Positions 1-9,863 of a stretch of DNA of 64,000 nt are shown in pieces (position 1 is the first letter of the stretch; every line of letters starts with the position of its first letter). The notes beneath the pieces were generated by a model, which searched no databases, had not been told where the DNA came from, and saw only the letters and a program-made list of their open reading frames with translations. The DNA lies in the sequence record MW598459; one strand, given 5' to 3'. This DNA comes from Escherichia phage vB_EcoM_RZ. The translations under genes and the position numbers were made by a program.

Positions 1-919
1 CATCCGGCACAAACCCTTGCTTCAGTTTGTATTCATTCAATAATGCACGGAAGGTATCCGCATGAGCGCCACCGGTTGGATATTGTTTTATCTTCAGAGT
101 CCCAAGAGTCCCGGAAGCACGCCATTTTTCCATCTTAGCTTTATATTCCGCCCATGATATATGACCTTCATCAATATCATCCAGAGACACATCCAACAAG
201 TTGGCATCAATACGTTTGGCACATACTTCTTCAGCCATTTCCATGCTTATATAAAGCACGTTATGACCAGTCTGAAGATAGTCAGCGGCTAATGAACAAA
301 GTCCAAGGGATTTGCCGACGTTTGTCCCAGCCAGTAAAACGTTCTCTGTACCGTACTCAACCCCACCCTTTGTGATTTTATTCAGGATGTTAATACGGAA
401 CGGAACCTTCTTCGATTTGTTCAGATAAGTCTGGAATCGAGCTTCGTAATCGTTTAACCAGTCATGGCCCAGAGCGGAGTCAAAACAGATAGACAATGCA
501 TCGCGCATGATGTCGGGGATAGCACCAATATCCGGGATTCGTTTATCACGTTTATCTTTCGGAAGTTCGGCATTACTCTGGATTTCGATAATCCTGGATG
601 TGGCATTGAACATCGCAGACTTCTGTACATACTTCTCGGTTTCTTTAACCAACCATTCCTGGTCTTCTGGAGTATCGGCCAGGACTCCTAAGAGTTTCTT
701 TGTGCCTTCATATTCGACTTCAGAAAGGTCAGAACTATCGAGCGCGATATCAAGTGCAGTCTTAGTTGGTACCGCTTGATATTCTTTTACGTGTTCGTTA
801 ATCGTATTAAAAAGGGTCTTTGCAGGACCCTTTTCAAAATATGTGTTATTCAGATATGGCCAGACTTTAACAAAATATTCCTTGTTAAAGAGTAGCTGGG
901 ATAAAATAGTTTCTACCAC
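1..919 (-). CDS. 41: Replicative DNA helicase gp41, N-terminal ~306 codons; C-terminus lies beyond window edge
   Basis: Minus-strand frame reads MVETILSQLLFNKEYFVKVWPY... with P-loop GTNVGKS, matching T4 gp41 from memory; probable GTG start at 917-919 overlapping gene 40 stop; not in ORF track because truncated. Confidence 0.85.
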   Translation of the reverse strand, partial: MVETILSQLLFNKEYFVKVWPYLNNTYFEKGPAKTLFNTINEHVKEYQAVPTKTALDIALDSSDLSEVEYEGTKKLLGVLADTPEDQEWLVKETEKYVQKSAMFNATSRIIEIQSNAELPKDKRDKRIPDIGAIPDIMRDALSICFDSALGHDWLNDYEARFQTYLNKSKKVPFRINILNKITKGGVEYGTENVLLAGTNVGKSLGLCSLAADYLQTGHNVLYISMEMAEEVCAKRIDANLLDVSLDDIDEGHISWAEYKAKMEKWRASGTLGTLKIKQYPTGGAHADTFRALLNEYKLKQGFVPD

Positions 920-1257
920 TTCCACCACCTCTTTTTCATTTTAATCTTATCAATTTCATCTTGTATTTGCATTGTAACACACTTTTCTACATGCACTGCA
1001 AGCTCCGCTTTGCGGTCTTCGGAAGGGGTGCCGAAATCAACTGAAACTTTTCCAGATGGTTCAATTTTAATTCCGGTTACGTACACAATGTGACTGGACC
1101 CATCAGGGAGTGATAACAGAATTTCCTGTCGCACGGTTCCCATGGATTGCCGGATAATCTCCAAACTTTTTTCGTAGTAAGGTACAGAAGGAGCCTTAGC
1201 TCCCTCCGCATCTTTCTCGAAATTATCTAAATCAGATAAATCGATATCATTCATCAA
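913..1257 (-). CDS. 40: Head vertex assembly chaperone gp40-like (114 aa)
   Basis: Track ORF; position between uvsX and 41 as in T4; size matches gp40; assignment by synteny only. Confidence 0.55.
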   Translation of the reverse strand: MMNDIDLSDLDNFEKDAEGAKAPSVPYYEKSLEIIRQSMGTVRQEILLSLPDGSSHIVYVTGIKIEPSGKVSVDFGTPSEDRKAELAVHVEKCVTMQIQDEIDKIKMKKRWWKW

Positions 1258-2425
1258 GGTCTTCCATCATATCTAAATCGTTTTCAATATCTGCAGCAGA
1301 CGGTTTTGTCTTACCTTCCGGAGCAGTGTATTTTTCAACCTTGGAGGCAATAAGCGCGTCAACTTCGGCATCAACAACAGCATTGCTATCGATTGCACCC
1401 AGTTGGTAATGGCGTTTGATTGCATCACGGAAAGGTTCGTGTTTGAACAGTGGGCCCCAGAATTCGGTGCAGTTAGTATCTTTTGCGCGCCATGATTTTT
1501 CTTCGCGGACCATTTCACCGGTCTCAACATCAAGATATTCACGGTTATACCAACCAACTTTTGGTTTCACCACAAATCCGATTTCCATTGCCATATCAAG
1601 CAGGCCAGAATACGGGTCAATACCGCCATCGAATTTTACATCAATGAAGAATTTACTTTTCTCTTTGACCATACGAGATTTTTCGGCGTTCAGAACAAAT
1701 TGGAAGCCTTCAAGTTCTTTACCAGTTTCTTTAATCTGGCGTTTGCCGATAATGAATACGGTGTCCGCGGAATACATAACACCTGTACCGCCGGTCATAA
1801 CGGTTTTACTGTACATCTCAATCGTCTCGATTGTATGGTTAACCGCGACACAAGGAATATCCTTGATGCTAAAATATGGAGTAACAATACGGAACAGAGA
1901 TTTCAGGGATTTAGCACGAGTCATATCGCCAACAACTTTTTCGTTCATCGCATCTTCTGTTTCTTTTTTCGACGCCATGTTACCGATTGAGTCAATAAAG
2001 ATAATGACTTTTTCACCACGCTCAATTGCTTCAAGCTGGTTAACCATATCAACTTTCAATTGTTCAACCGACTGGATTGGTGTATGGATAACACGCTCCG
2101 GGTCAACTTTCATTGCACGAAGATAGGCTTCTGTGATACCAAATTCTGAATCATAGAACAAACAGATTGCATCGGGGTATTTGTTCATATATGCAGAGAC
2201 CATCGTTAAACCCATATTGGATTTAAAGTGTTTTGACGGACCAGCAAAAATAGTCAAACCTGACTGCATACCACCATCTAGTGCACCGCTGATTGCAATG
2301 TTCAGCATTGGGATTTTTGTACGAACTACATCTTTATCATTAAAGAACTTGGACTTGGTAAGAGTCGCAGTCATTTTGGATGTAGAAGCTTTAATCAAAC
2401 GGGATTTCAAATCTGCAATAGACAT
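1247..2425 (-). CDS. uvsX: UvsX RecA-like recombinase (392 aa)
   Basis: Track ORF; near-colinear match to T4 UvsX recalled from memory (MS..DLKSRLIKASTSK, GPSKHFKS P-loop, C-terminal acidic tail). Confidence 0.95.
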   Translation of the reverse strand: MSIADLKSRLIKASTSKMTATLTKSKFFNDKDVVRTKIPMLNIAISGALDGGMQSGLTIFAGPSKHFKSNMGLTMVSAYMNKYPDAICLFYDSEFGITEAYLRAMKVDPERVIHTPIQSVEQLKVDMVNQLEAIERGEKVIIFIDSIGNMASKKETEDAMNEKVVGDMTRAKSLKSLFRIVTPYFSIKDIPCVAVNHTIETIEMYSKTVMTGGTGVMYSADTVFIIGKRQIKETGKELEGFQFVLNAEKSRMVKEKSKFFIDVKFDGGIDPYSGLLDMAMEIGFVVKPKVGWYNREYLDVETGEMVREEKSWRAKDTNCTEFWGPLFKHEPFRDAIKRHYQLGAIDSNAVVDAEVDALIASKVEKYTAPEGKTKPSAADIENDLDMMEDLDE

Positions 2426-2504
2426 TCATTTTTTCCATAGGCACCATTATATTTTTCTCACAGGTTTAAGATAGGATAATTATATCACTGTATTTTTAGA
2501 GCAA

Positions 2505-2633
2505 TTAACGATTGAAACCACGATTAATTGCACGTTCAACAATCTTCCGGGTCTGACGTTTGTCCCACCAGTACATAAAACCAATACCAAATGCAGACAA
2601 CATCCACAGACTAATCAATAGCACACCAATCAT
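2505..2633 (-). CDS. Small hydrophobic protein (42 aa), hypothetical
   Basis: Hand-translated ATG..TAA ORF MIGVLLISLWMLSAFGIGFMYWW...; below track size cutoff; one predicted TM helix. Confidence 0.3.
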   Translation of the reverse strand: MIGVLLISLWMLSAFGIGFMYWWDKRQTRKIVERAINRGFNR

Positions 2634-2660
2634 AATATTTTTCCCGCAGTTCAGAGTAAT

Positions 2661-2768
2661 TTAGTAAACGTTTCCACGTTTCCAGTTTTCTTCAGCCAAA
2701 TGCTTATTACGCTTTTCTAATAGCAGCAAACCAATTACTGTTCCAACAATCAGAAGTAATAATAACAT
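2661..2768 (-). CDS. Small hydrophobic protein (35 aa), hypothetical
   Basis: Hand-translated ORF MLLLLLIVGTVIGLLLLEKR...; ATG overlaps stop of upstream lipoprotein gene (TGATG). Confidence 0.3.
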   Translation of the reverse strand: MLLLLLIVGTVIGLLLLEKRNKHLAEENWKRGNVY

Positions 2769-3271
2769 CAGTTAATACCTTGGCGTGCTTTCTCTTTAGC
2801 TACACATTTATTAATATAGCTCAGACGGTTTTGAGCAGAACGCTGATACATATCGCGGTACTCATTAGCTTTTGGAGAACCCGTCTCTGCTGCCTGATAA
2901 GCTTCCGCGCGCATAATGTTTATCTGCATATTGATGTATGACATGCAGACCTGTGAAATCTGGTTAACAGTGTCAAGGTCATTTTGTCGCTTGGTTTCTG
3001 CTTCCAGTTTGGCAATGATTTCGTCATGCTTCGCAGCTTGTTCGCGTTTGTACTCAATTTCACGTTGAGCATATTTCGCGCAGTTGTTTCCACATTGATT
3101 GTTGTCGCGTTTGTAGATAAGTCCAGTACCACCTTTGAAATCAAAGGAACCATTATGCACCTGACGGTCTGCAGCAATTCGCGCTTTACCAATCTCATTG
3201 GCATTAACAACATCACCCTGGTAAGCACAACCAGATAGCAGCATAACAGCTGCGATAGCTAACTTTTTCAT
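2768..3271 (-). CDS. Putative lipoprotein (signal peptide with lipobox LLSGC), hypothetical
   Basis: Track ORF 2768..3298; internal ATG at 3271 gives MKKLAIAAVMLLSGC with GAGGA RBS upstream; Gln/Ala-rich coiled region. Confidence 0.5.
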   Translation of the reverse strand: MKKLAIAAVMLLSGCAYQGDVVNANEIGKARIAADRQVHNGSFDFKGGTGLIYKRDNNQCGNNCAKYAQREIEYKREQAAKHDEIIAKLEAETKRQNDLDTVNQISQVCMSYINMQINIMRAEAYQAAETGSPKANEYRDMYQRSAQNRLSYINKCVAKEKARQGIN

Positions 3272-3281
3272 TGTATTTTCC

Positions 3282-3425
3282 TCAATTAAAACATTCATAG
3301 CGGGCTTGGAGTCCCAAAAATACCCAACCCAAAATTAAAGTTGGAATCATATGCGGAGTCATTATTGCCCAATAGATTGACATACTAAAAAATGCAATCA
3401 GTACAATAATTGTAATTATCTTCAT
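3282..3425 (-). CDS. Small membrane protein (47 aa), hypothetical
   Basis: Hand-translated ORF MKIITIIVLIAFFSMSIYWAIMTPHMIPTLILGWVFLGLQ...; ATG overlaps stop of imm-like gene. Confidence 0.3.
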   Translation of the reverse strand: MKIITIIVLIAFFSMSIYWAIMTPHMIPTLILGWVFLGLQARYECFN

Positions 3426-3664
3426 TTGGTTTCCTTGATGATAATTACTTGTGCGTTTGATTTACGCTCAGCAACGAGTGCCCAGATAAATGCAATAAAC
3501 CATCCGACCATTGTCCAACCTAACAGGAGGTTAACAAAGAAGATTCCGCAATTACTTTTGGTTCCTCGCAGTAGCGCGATAATCCATGGCAGAAAATATG
3601 CCAGTGCAGCCAGGAAGAAAGAACCAGCACCAAGAACAACAGTACCTGCAATTAATGTTTCCAT
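3422..3664 (-). CDS. imm: Imm-like superinfection immunity membrane protein (80 aa, two TM helices)
   Basis: Track ORF immediately downstream of gene 43 as imm is in T4; size and two-TM topology fit; sequence identity not verified. Confidence 0.45.
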   Translation of the reverse strand: METLIAGTVVLGAGSFFLAALAYFLPWIIALLRGTKSNCGIFFVNLLLGWTMVGWFIAFIWALVAERKSNAQVIIIKETK

Positions 3665-3704
3665 TTTAATATCCTTAATTTAATCATCAGTAGTTGATGG
3701 AGTA

Positions 3705-3734
3705 ATCATACGGCAATCCTTTGCCGTTGTAAAC
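3705..3734 (-). promoter_or_regulatory. Early sigma70-type promoter (-35 GTTTAC, 18 bp spacer, -10 TATGAT) with hairpin CGGCAA/TTGCCG in the spacer
   Basis: Read on minus strand directly between gene 43 stop and imm-like start; followed by conserved leader ..CCATCAACTACTGATGA. Confidence 0.5.
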
Positions 3735-3736
3735 AC

Positions 3737-6451
3737 TTAAAAATCAAACATATCAAAAAGAGATGCTTTTTTCTCGTAATCAACCTTAGCTGCTTCAGAG
3801 AACCCTGTTAATGGTTTGACAAAAGTCTTCTGGAACAGTGTGTTGTAGTCCATCCACTGCAAGACTTGGTCACGAATTTCAATCGGGAGTTCAATCCCTG
3901 ATGGCCATGCAATCACGGTTTCGCCAAACGGGTTACCAACTTTAAGAGGAAGCACATACACCTTTTCCCCTTCCATGATTTGTGGAACAGTCTTCAGACC
4001 TTTAGTTGCACGCATATATGCAAGCACACCTTTGATATGAGCCGGGCACTTAAATCCAGGGAAACCGCCTTCATTATATTTCTGGATGTTGTTAACCGAT
4101 GATACACCTGCGATGGTCATGTAGTTAAGCTCATTAAATTCCTTATTGAATTCCTTGAAGTATGTCTGCAGAGATTCTTCACCTTCTTGCAACATGCGGC
4201 GGATACATTCTTTCAGAGCTTTCTGACATGCCTTTGGAGTGCTCGACTTTTGAGTTTCCAGACCCATGATTTTCAGTTTCGGAACAGCATATCGTGTGCC
4301 TTCCATATCGTACACGTTCAACGCATAACGCTTCTTCGCCGTCCAGAACCCACCAACACCTTTAGAACCCAGCGGAGGACATGCAATCGCTTCACGGTCC
4401 ATAAACATAAGGTGCTGTTTGTTGTTCATGTATTCAGCCAGCTCACGGAAAGCTTTATCGATTGCCGGTTCCAGACGGTCTTTCGCGAACTTGTCCATGA
4501 AGTCAACCAGGTGGTTTGTATCACGGAATTTAGATTCACCACCAACCTTTTTAATCAGGTTATCGCACTGGATATAAATGGAGTCAGTGTCACCATAGAA
4601 TACGTAGGTTTCGCCGTTTGTCCCACAGACACTATCGAAGTATTCGTTAACTTTACGCTCAATCCACTGCAATGCAAGTTGTCCGAAAGATGTAATCGCG
4701 GTTGCATTTCGCAGGTCAAAGTAACGGAACCAGATATTACCCAGAGCGCCATAACAACTGTTGATAAGCAGTTTACGGTTAATCTGTGCGGTCATGCCTG
4801 CAACTTCTTCCATTTGTGCTTTGTACAACATACCATTCAGAACTGTTTGATTCAGTCCATGCAAGGTTGTTTTCATATTGTCATCAAAGTCATGACGATA
4901 ATCAACTTCAGGCTCGGTTGTACCAGTTCCTGGATTACGCAGAGCTTCCTTAATCAGTTCACCATTACGTTGAGCCGCAAGCATATAGCCTTTGTGTTCT
5001 TTACGCTGATTAAACACCTTGGTGACTTCTGTTGGAATAATACCTGCAACATCTTTAAAATACATCATACCATTTGGGGCACAACTAAATGTATCAGATG
5101 GACGGTCAGCAGTTCCTGCGATGTATTCATACATCTGGGCTGGAGCAAATGAACCGGCAATCGTTTCGGGACTGATGTTAATCTGTCGGATGATGCTCGG
5201 ATACAGAGATGTTAAGTCACAGCTCATTACATATTTGTATGCGTTCGGAATAGGTTCCTTAACAAATGCACCGGGGAACGATTGACGAACATGCGATTTG
5301 GTTTCCGGAATGACTTTGTTTTGAGTCTTCAGGCTGTTAAAGATAATCGCATCCCAAGTTTTGATTGGGCTGAATACAGACTGAATCTGCATCTTTGCAT
5401 AATAACCCATTGACTGACTCAGGTTAATAAACTGCCGCTTACGGTCAATCTGCACAACACGATAAACGTCGATGATGTTATAAGAAATATACCGTTGGTG
5501 ATTTGATTCACGCAGTTTAGAAATTGGGCCATCATATGGGAGTTTACCAACACCCAGTTCAGATTCCGCAACATAATCCAACGAATAAGACGGTTGATTT
5601 GTGAAGCTGAACTTTTTATACAGGTCCAGATAATCCAGAACAGAGATACCCAGAATCTGAATGATTTCTTGTTCTTCACCGAAACCGTTGTTAATGACCT
5701 TAACTTTTGTACGACGATGCGGACTCAGACGTTTTGCCGTAGCTTCACCAAATACATTTTTAAGACGGTTGTAGATATATGGAATATCAAACTTCTCGAT
5801 GTTCCAACCAGTTAACATAACCGGAGTTTTCTCGTTCCAGAATACCAAATACTGCTGGAGCATTTCTTCTTCTGAATCGAAAGCCATATAAACAATTTTT
5901 TCCAGGATTTCTTCAGGGACTTCATCGCCGCCATCTTCTTGCAGCTTAGCAGCAATATCAATAGACCATTGCTCCACAGTGGCGTATGGTGAGCTCAAAA
6001 GGTCAAAGACATAGAATTTATCGTCTACCGAATCATAGTGCGTCAGGGCATCAATAGGGTGACGTGCTTCAGACGGCTCAGGGAACCCATCGGGAGATGT
6101 CACCTCGATATCGAAGTTAGCAACACGGATTTTACTTGAATCATATTTGATTTCGTGTGGGTAACGGTCGGACAAGTATGCAAGTTTAAAGTCATCCATA
6201 CCCATAGCTTCGAGACCCATGTCATTCATTCGCTTCATCCACTGGGATGCATCACGCATGGAATCGAATTCTTTTTTCACACAACCTTTATTATAGATGT
6301 CTGTATACTTTGCAGCCTGGTCTTCACGGGCGTGCATAAACAAGCATGGAGCATAAGGGATTTCACGAACACGTTCATGACCGTTCTTGTCAATGTATCG
6401 TTCGAGCAGATTGTCACCGATTTGTTCGATAGTTAAATAAAATTCTTGCAT
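3737..6451 (-). CDS. 43: DNA polymerase gp43 (family B, 904 aa)
   Basis: Track ORF; FDIE exonuclease motif, DxxSLYPS, KxxxNSxYG and YGDTDS polymerase motifs; close to T-even/RB69 gp43 from memory. Confidence 0.97.
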   Translation of the reverse strand: MQEFYLTIEQIGDNLLERYIDKNGHERVREIPYAPCLFMHAREDQAAKYTDIYNKGCVKKEFDSMRDASQWMKRMNDMGLEAMGMDDFKLAYLSDRYPHEIKYDSSKIRVANFDIEVTSPDGFPEPSEARHPIDALTHYDSVDDKFYVFDLLSSPYATVEQWSIDIAAKLQEDGGDEVPEEILEKIVYMAFDSEEEMLQQYLVFWNEKTPVMLTGWNIEKFDIPYIYNRLKNVFGEATAKRLSPHRRTKVKVINNGFGEEQEIIQILGISVLDYLDLYKKFSFTNQPSYSLDYVAESELGVGKLPYDGPISKLRESNHQRYISYNIIDVYRVVQIDRKRQFINLSQSMGYYAKMQIQSVFSPIKTWDAIIFNSLKTQNKVIPETKSHVRQSFPGAFVKEPIPNAYKYVMSCDLTSLYPSIIRQINISPETIAGSFAPAQMYEYIAGTADRPSDTFSCAPNGMMYFKDVAGIIPTEVTKVFNQRKEHKGYMLAAQRNGELIKEALRNPGTGTTEPEVDYRHDFDDNMKTTLHGLNQTVLNGMLYKAQMEEVAGMTAQINRKLLINSCYGALGNIWFRYFDLRNATAITSFGQLALQWIERKVNEYFDSVCGTNGETYVFYGDTDSIYIQCDNLIKKVGGESKFRDTNHLVDFMDKFAKDRLEPAIDKAFRELAEYMNNKQHLMFMDREAIACPPLGSKGVGGFWTAKKRYALNVYDMEGTRYAVPKLKIMGLETQKSSTPKACQKALKECIRRMLQEGEESLQTYFKEFNKEFNELNYMTIAGVSSVNNIQKYNEGGFPGFKCPAHIKGVLAYMRATKGLKTVPQIMEGEKVYVLPLKVGNPFGETVIAWPSGIELPIEIRDQVLQWMDYNTLFQKTFVKPLTGFSEAAKVDYEKKASLFDMFDF

Positions 6452-6536
6452 TTGGTTTCCTTTATAGTCGAGTGATTGACTTTTGTTTTATGACTTGACG
6501 CTATTATACTACAAAAGGGACCGAAGTCCCTTTGCT

Positions 6537-6764
6537 TTAAATTTCTATTGTACGACGTTCGATAGTCGGATTACCATTTTCATCTTTAGTTCTAACCATA
6601 GCCTGGAAGACTCTCTGCCCAGGATGTAATAATTTATTGAGTTCCTTTTGAAATTCTATTTGAAGTTCTTTGGAAAGGTCAAAAATAGTTTGAGTTGGGG
6701 AAAGTCCATATATTTCTTTAAGGCGTTCACATGTTTCAATTTCATGCTTCATATCAATTACCAA
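6537..6764 (-). CDS. Hypothetical protein (75 aa)
   Basis: Track ORF co-directional, downstream of regA. Confidence 0.4.
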   Translation of the reverse strand: MVIDMKHEIETCERLKEIYGLSPTQTIFDLSKELQIEFQKELNKLLHPGQRVFQAMVRTKDENGNPTIERRTIEI

Positions 6765-7122
6765 TTGTGTATTTGGCTACAAGCTTCCAGTCGTCTTTTT
6801 GTTTGAAGGAGATAACACGGAAGTTGTTTGTTACTGCGAACAATTCATTATGCTCTTCTTCTTTGATAGCGATTAAGCCCCAGTCTTCAAGCAGTTGGGC
6901 AATGGAATCACGGCGCTGATAGTCTTCGCCGTCAATATCCACCTGACGACCATCCATGCGCAGCATTTCTTTGAAGTGAACAATATAATAACGACCTTGC
7001 TTCTGGAGGATGTGACAGCTCTGGTACAGCACACGGTCTTTATTATTTGCGATGCCCATACGGGTCAGAGTTTCTTTAACTTTCAGGAAGTCTTCAGGTT
7101 GCTTTAATGTAATTTCAATCAT
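6754..7122 (-). CDS. regA: Translational repressor RegA (122 aa)
   Basis: Track ORF; MIEITLK.PEDFLKVKETLTRMGIANNKD matches T4 RegA from memory; same length. Confidence 0.9.
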   Translation of the reverse strand: MIEITLKQPEDFLKVKETLTRMGIANNKDRVLYQSCHILQKQGRYYIVHFKEMLRMDGRQVDIDGEDYQRRDSIAQLLEDWGLIAIKEEEHNELFAVTNNFRVISFKQKDDWKLVAKYTIGN

Positions 7123-7123
7123 T

Positions 7124-7702
7124 TTACCATTCCAATATTTGTTTTTTAATTTCTTTTTGTTCTTTCACATTACTGGTAACGGTCTTTAAGAATTCATCCG
7201 TTACCAGACCTTTTGTCTTTTTCAAAACATCTTTAAGACTACCTTTGACTTTCAATGTTTCCATATACATCAAAGCATCATCTGCATTAATTGTATAATA
7301 TTTCATTAAAAGCTTTAACACAAGCTGGACGTTGACCGCATCCGGCTCAGCCTTTGCCCATTTGCCATAACGCTTGCCTTGTGGAACTGCATGCAGCAAA
7401 TAATTATAATGCTGTTGGTCTGTTAACCCGGAACCGATTAAGTTCATCACATTCACCTGCATAATGCAATCGACATGTTGGCTCAATGCGTTTTCCAACC
7501 AGAATTTATTGTAGTTTTCTGATTGAATCAGGTTCCGTGGTTTTTTGCTAACGGTTATGTCGTTAAGAATCGCGAACAATTCATTTTCTGCTTTCTCTTT
7601 GTATGAATCGGACAATTCCTGAATTTTGTTAAAGTCGCGTGATTTCCACGCAACCTCATGTTCGTTTAATTGAACGTCATCATCAAAGAGACTTACAGCC
7701 AT
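7124..7702 (-). CDS. 62: Clamp loader small subunit gp62 (192 aa)
   Basis: Track ORF between regA and gene 44, as in T4; size fits. Confidence 0.75.
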   Translation of the reverse strand: MAVSLFDDDVQLNEHEVAWKSRDFNKIQELSDSYKEKAENELFAILNDITVSKKPRNLIQSENYNKFWLENALSQHVDCIMQVNVMNLIGSGLTDQQHYNYLLHAVPQGKRYGKWAKAEPDAVNVQLVLKLLMKYYTINADDALMYMETLKVKGSLKDVLKKTKGLVTDEFLKTVTSNVKEQKEIKKQILEW

Positions 7703-8652
7703 TTCATTTCCCCAGCCAGTTGAGCAAACAGATAAGTCAAGTGAACTTCAGTATTGGCTGCAATGCCATGGTACTGATTATTCTCACCCACAATCTCATA
7801 CATACGGATGATGCTTGCACCAGTCAGTTTGCCATACATTTCATCAGCCAGCTTTGCAATGAAGCTTGAATAATCATTTGCATGCTTAGGAGCCAGCCCA
7901 CGGAGAACTTTAAAGTTACGGTCCTTAAGGGCATCAATCACATCATCAATTGGTGTGCGATTGTTTGTCACGATGCTCAGAATACCGGAATCGATAACAC
8001 CTTTTGCAGAGTAACGGTCAAGCTCATTAATTGTCTTACGCAGGTCCGGGAAGTTATGCTTAACCAGAGCAGCAACAACTTTCAGGTCTTCGATTTCAAC
8101 GCCTTCGTTTTTACATATCGCGACTGCACGATGAATCATCTCTTTCATCATAGTAGTCTGGTCAGCTGGAGTTGCTTCACCAAACTTAATTACGCGGCAA
8201 CGAGACTGCAACGGAGTGATGATACCATCGATATTGTTCGCGGTCATAATGATTGAACAGTTGCTCGAATAAGCTTCCATAAAGCTACGAAGGTGTCGTT
8301 GTGATTCAGCCAGACCCGCACGGTCAAACTCATCGATAACGATTACCTTACGGCGTCCTTCGATTGATTTAGATGATGCAAAGCGAGTCAATTCATTACG
8401 CACAAAGTCAATTCGACAATCGGAGCCGTTAACAAACAGCATATCAGAATTCGTATCCGCACACATAGCTTTTGCAACTGTTGTCTTACCAGTACCAGGG
8501 GAAGAACTGACCAGAATCAAGTTAGGAATCAAACCTTTTTTAACAATCGCCTCTAATGTTTCTTTATCATGAGCCGGAAGAATACACTCTGATAATGTAC
8601 CTGGACGGTATTTTTGTTCCCACATGAATTCTTTGTCATTAACCGTTAACAT
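7693..8652 (-). CDS. 44: Clamp loader ATPase subunit gp44 (319 aa)
   Basis: Track ORF; AAA+ Walker A SSSPGTGKTT and Walker B VIVIDEFD; synteny. Confidence 0.9.
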   Translation of the reverse strand: MLTVNDKEFMWEQKYRPGTLSECILPAHDKETLEAIVKKGLIPNLILVSSSPGTGKTTVAKAMCADTNSDMLFVNGSDCRIDFVRNELTRFASSKSIEGRRKVIVIDEFDRAGLAESQRHLRSFMEAYSSNCSIIMTANNIDGIITPLQSRCRVIKFGEATPADQTTMMKEMIHRAVAICKNEGVEIEDLKVVAALVKHNFPDLRKTINELDRYSAKGVIDSGILSIVTNNRTPIDDVIDALKDRNFKVLRGLAPKHANDYSSFIAKLADEMYGKLTGASIIRMYEIVGENNQYHGIAANTEVHLTYLFAQLAGEMKWL

Positions 8653-8708
8653 ATATTTTCCTCATATTAGTTTCTACTTTGTACTCCATGGGGCCGAAGC
8701 CCCATTTA

Positions 8709-9404
8709 TTAATCTTGGAATTCGTGGCTAGAGCCTTGTTCCATTGCAATCACATAGCTTGCTTGTGTGCCTTCAAACTTCGTAGCAAATTTATCATCTT
8801 TTGCCCAAAGCATAACACGATAATCAGCCGGAATCATTTTCATGTTCAGTTTGTTAATGATAAATTTAAACGCTGCATCACCTTCGTAATCGCCACACAC
8901 CAGGGAATACAATGGACGCGCTAACTCTTTATCTTCGAGCTGATTATAACCATGGATAACAATCTTACCGTCTTTGTTGGTGATTGCAAAAGTATCCAGA
9001 GACAAACCACCAGCCACACGCAGAAGCTGTTGCAGGTCACTACCTTTCAGGTCGAAAATAACCTTAGCTACCGGGAAAGGAATCTTCTTAGCAGGGAACA
9101 CGATAGTGCTCGGGTCTGCAGCAGGCCAGTGAATCGTTGAACGTTGGTCTTTGATAATGATGTTTGATGCATCTTCAGCCAGAGATACTTCAGCTTGGTC
9201 AGTTACCAGGCCCAGGATACTTAAGAAGCCGTTTAGGTCATAAATTGCAGCTTCAAAGTCGATTGTATCATTGATTTCGGCTTCGCCATATGACGCTCCA
9301 GTTACGGAACGAGTCAGGATGGTATTACCTGGCTTAAGCATAATGCCAGAGTAAATGGAAGTGAAGTTTTTCAGAACTGCGATAGTGTCTTTAGAGAATT
9401 TCAT
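8709..9404 (-). CDS. 45: Sliding clamp gp45 (231 aa)
   Basis: Track ORF; matches T4 gp45 from memory (MK.SKDT...LKNF..I.SGIMLK, WPAADPST). Confidence 0.9.
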   Translation of the reverse strand: MKFSKDTIAVLKNFTSIYSGIMLKPGNTILTRSVTGASYGEAEINDTIDFEAAIYDLNGFLSILGLVTDQAEVSLAEDASNIIIKDQRSTIHWPAADPSTIVFPAKKIPFPVAKVIFDLKGSDLQQLLRVAGGLSLDTFAITNKDGKIVIHGYNQLEDKELARPLYSLVCGDYEGDAAFKFIINKLNMKMIPADYRVMLWAKDDKFATKFEGTQASYVIAMEQGSSHEFQD

Positions 9405-9431
9405 TTAATTACCTTTTATTCAAATCAAAAA

Positions 9432-9863
9432 TTAAGCAACAACTGCCATTTGTTTGCGGATAGCTTCCGGAAGAGATTCAATATACTCTGGAAGTTGTGC
9501 AGCAATAATAGAACCAGCTTGCACCAGATGGTCATCAGAGTTAACACAATAATCATCTTCAAGACGTTCGGAACCGTCACGGTCGATAACCAGTTTAGCA
9601 CCAGCAGCCAGTGAATCGTTGTAGTGATTACGCATCAGTTCAATCCACTTATCAGATACATCAGTATCAATCACACCGTATAGCATGAATTTAATTTCTT
9701 GCGGCAGAGACTGCAGACGGGTAGCAGATGCTTCATCGCATGCCAGGACCCAGGATTTACGAACACGGTTTTGGTTATGCGGGTTAGCGTCAGTGCGGAT
9801 GGTTTTAACTTGGATATCTTTAGCAGTTACGTTGTTCATAATATTCTCTCTATTCATTATCAA
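9432..9863 (-). CDS. rpbA: RNA polymerase-binding protein RpbA-like
   Basis: Track ORF in the T4 rpbA position between 45 and 46; assignment by synteny; start may be an internal Met. Confidence 0.5.
   Translation of the reverse strand: MIMNRENIMNNVTAKDIQVKTIRTDANPHNQNRVRKSWVLACDEASATRLQSLPQEIKFMLYGVIDTDVSDKWIELMRNHYNDSLAAGAKLVIDRDGSERLEDDYCVNSDDHLVQAGSIIAAQLPEYIESLPEAIRKQMAVVA

Noticed and set aside
1416-2126. 236-aa plus-strand ORF antisense to uvsX (and the similar 1700..1990 ORF)
   Set aside because: Embedded antisense within UvsX; Ser/Ile-rich composition; spurious.
3426-3683. 85-aa plus-strand ORF opposite the imm-like gene
   Set aside because: Antisense to a membrane-protein gene with good context; the hydrophobic mirror-image translation is a common artefact.
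2426-3736. Concluding that the phage lacks hydroxymethylcytosine altogether
   Set aside because: Only this 64-kb window is visible; gene 42 and sugar transferases may lie elsewhere. Reported as a locus-level observation only.
4187-5152. 321-aa plus-strand ORF antisense to DNA polymerase gene 43
   Set aside because: Lies entirely inside the well-supported gp43 coding region on the opposite strand; Cys/His/Phe-rich low-complexity translation typical of antisense frames; no RBS or promoter context.
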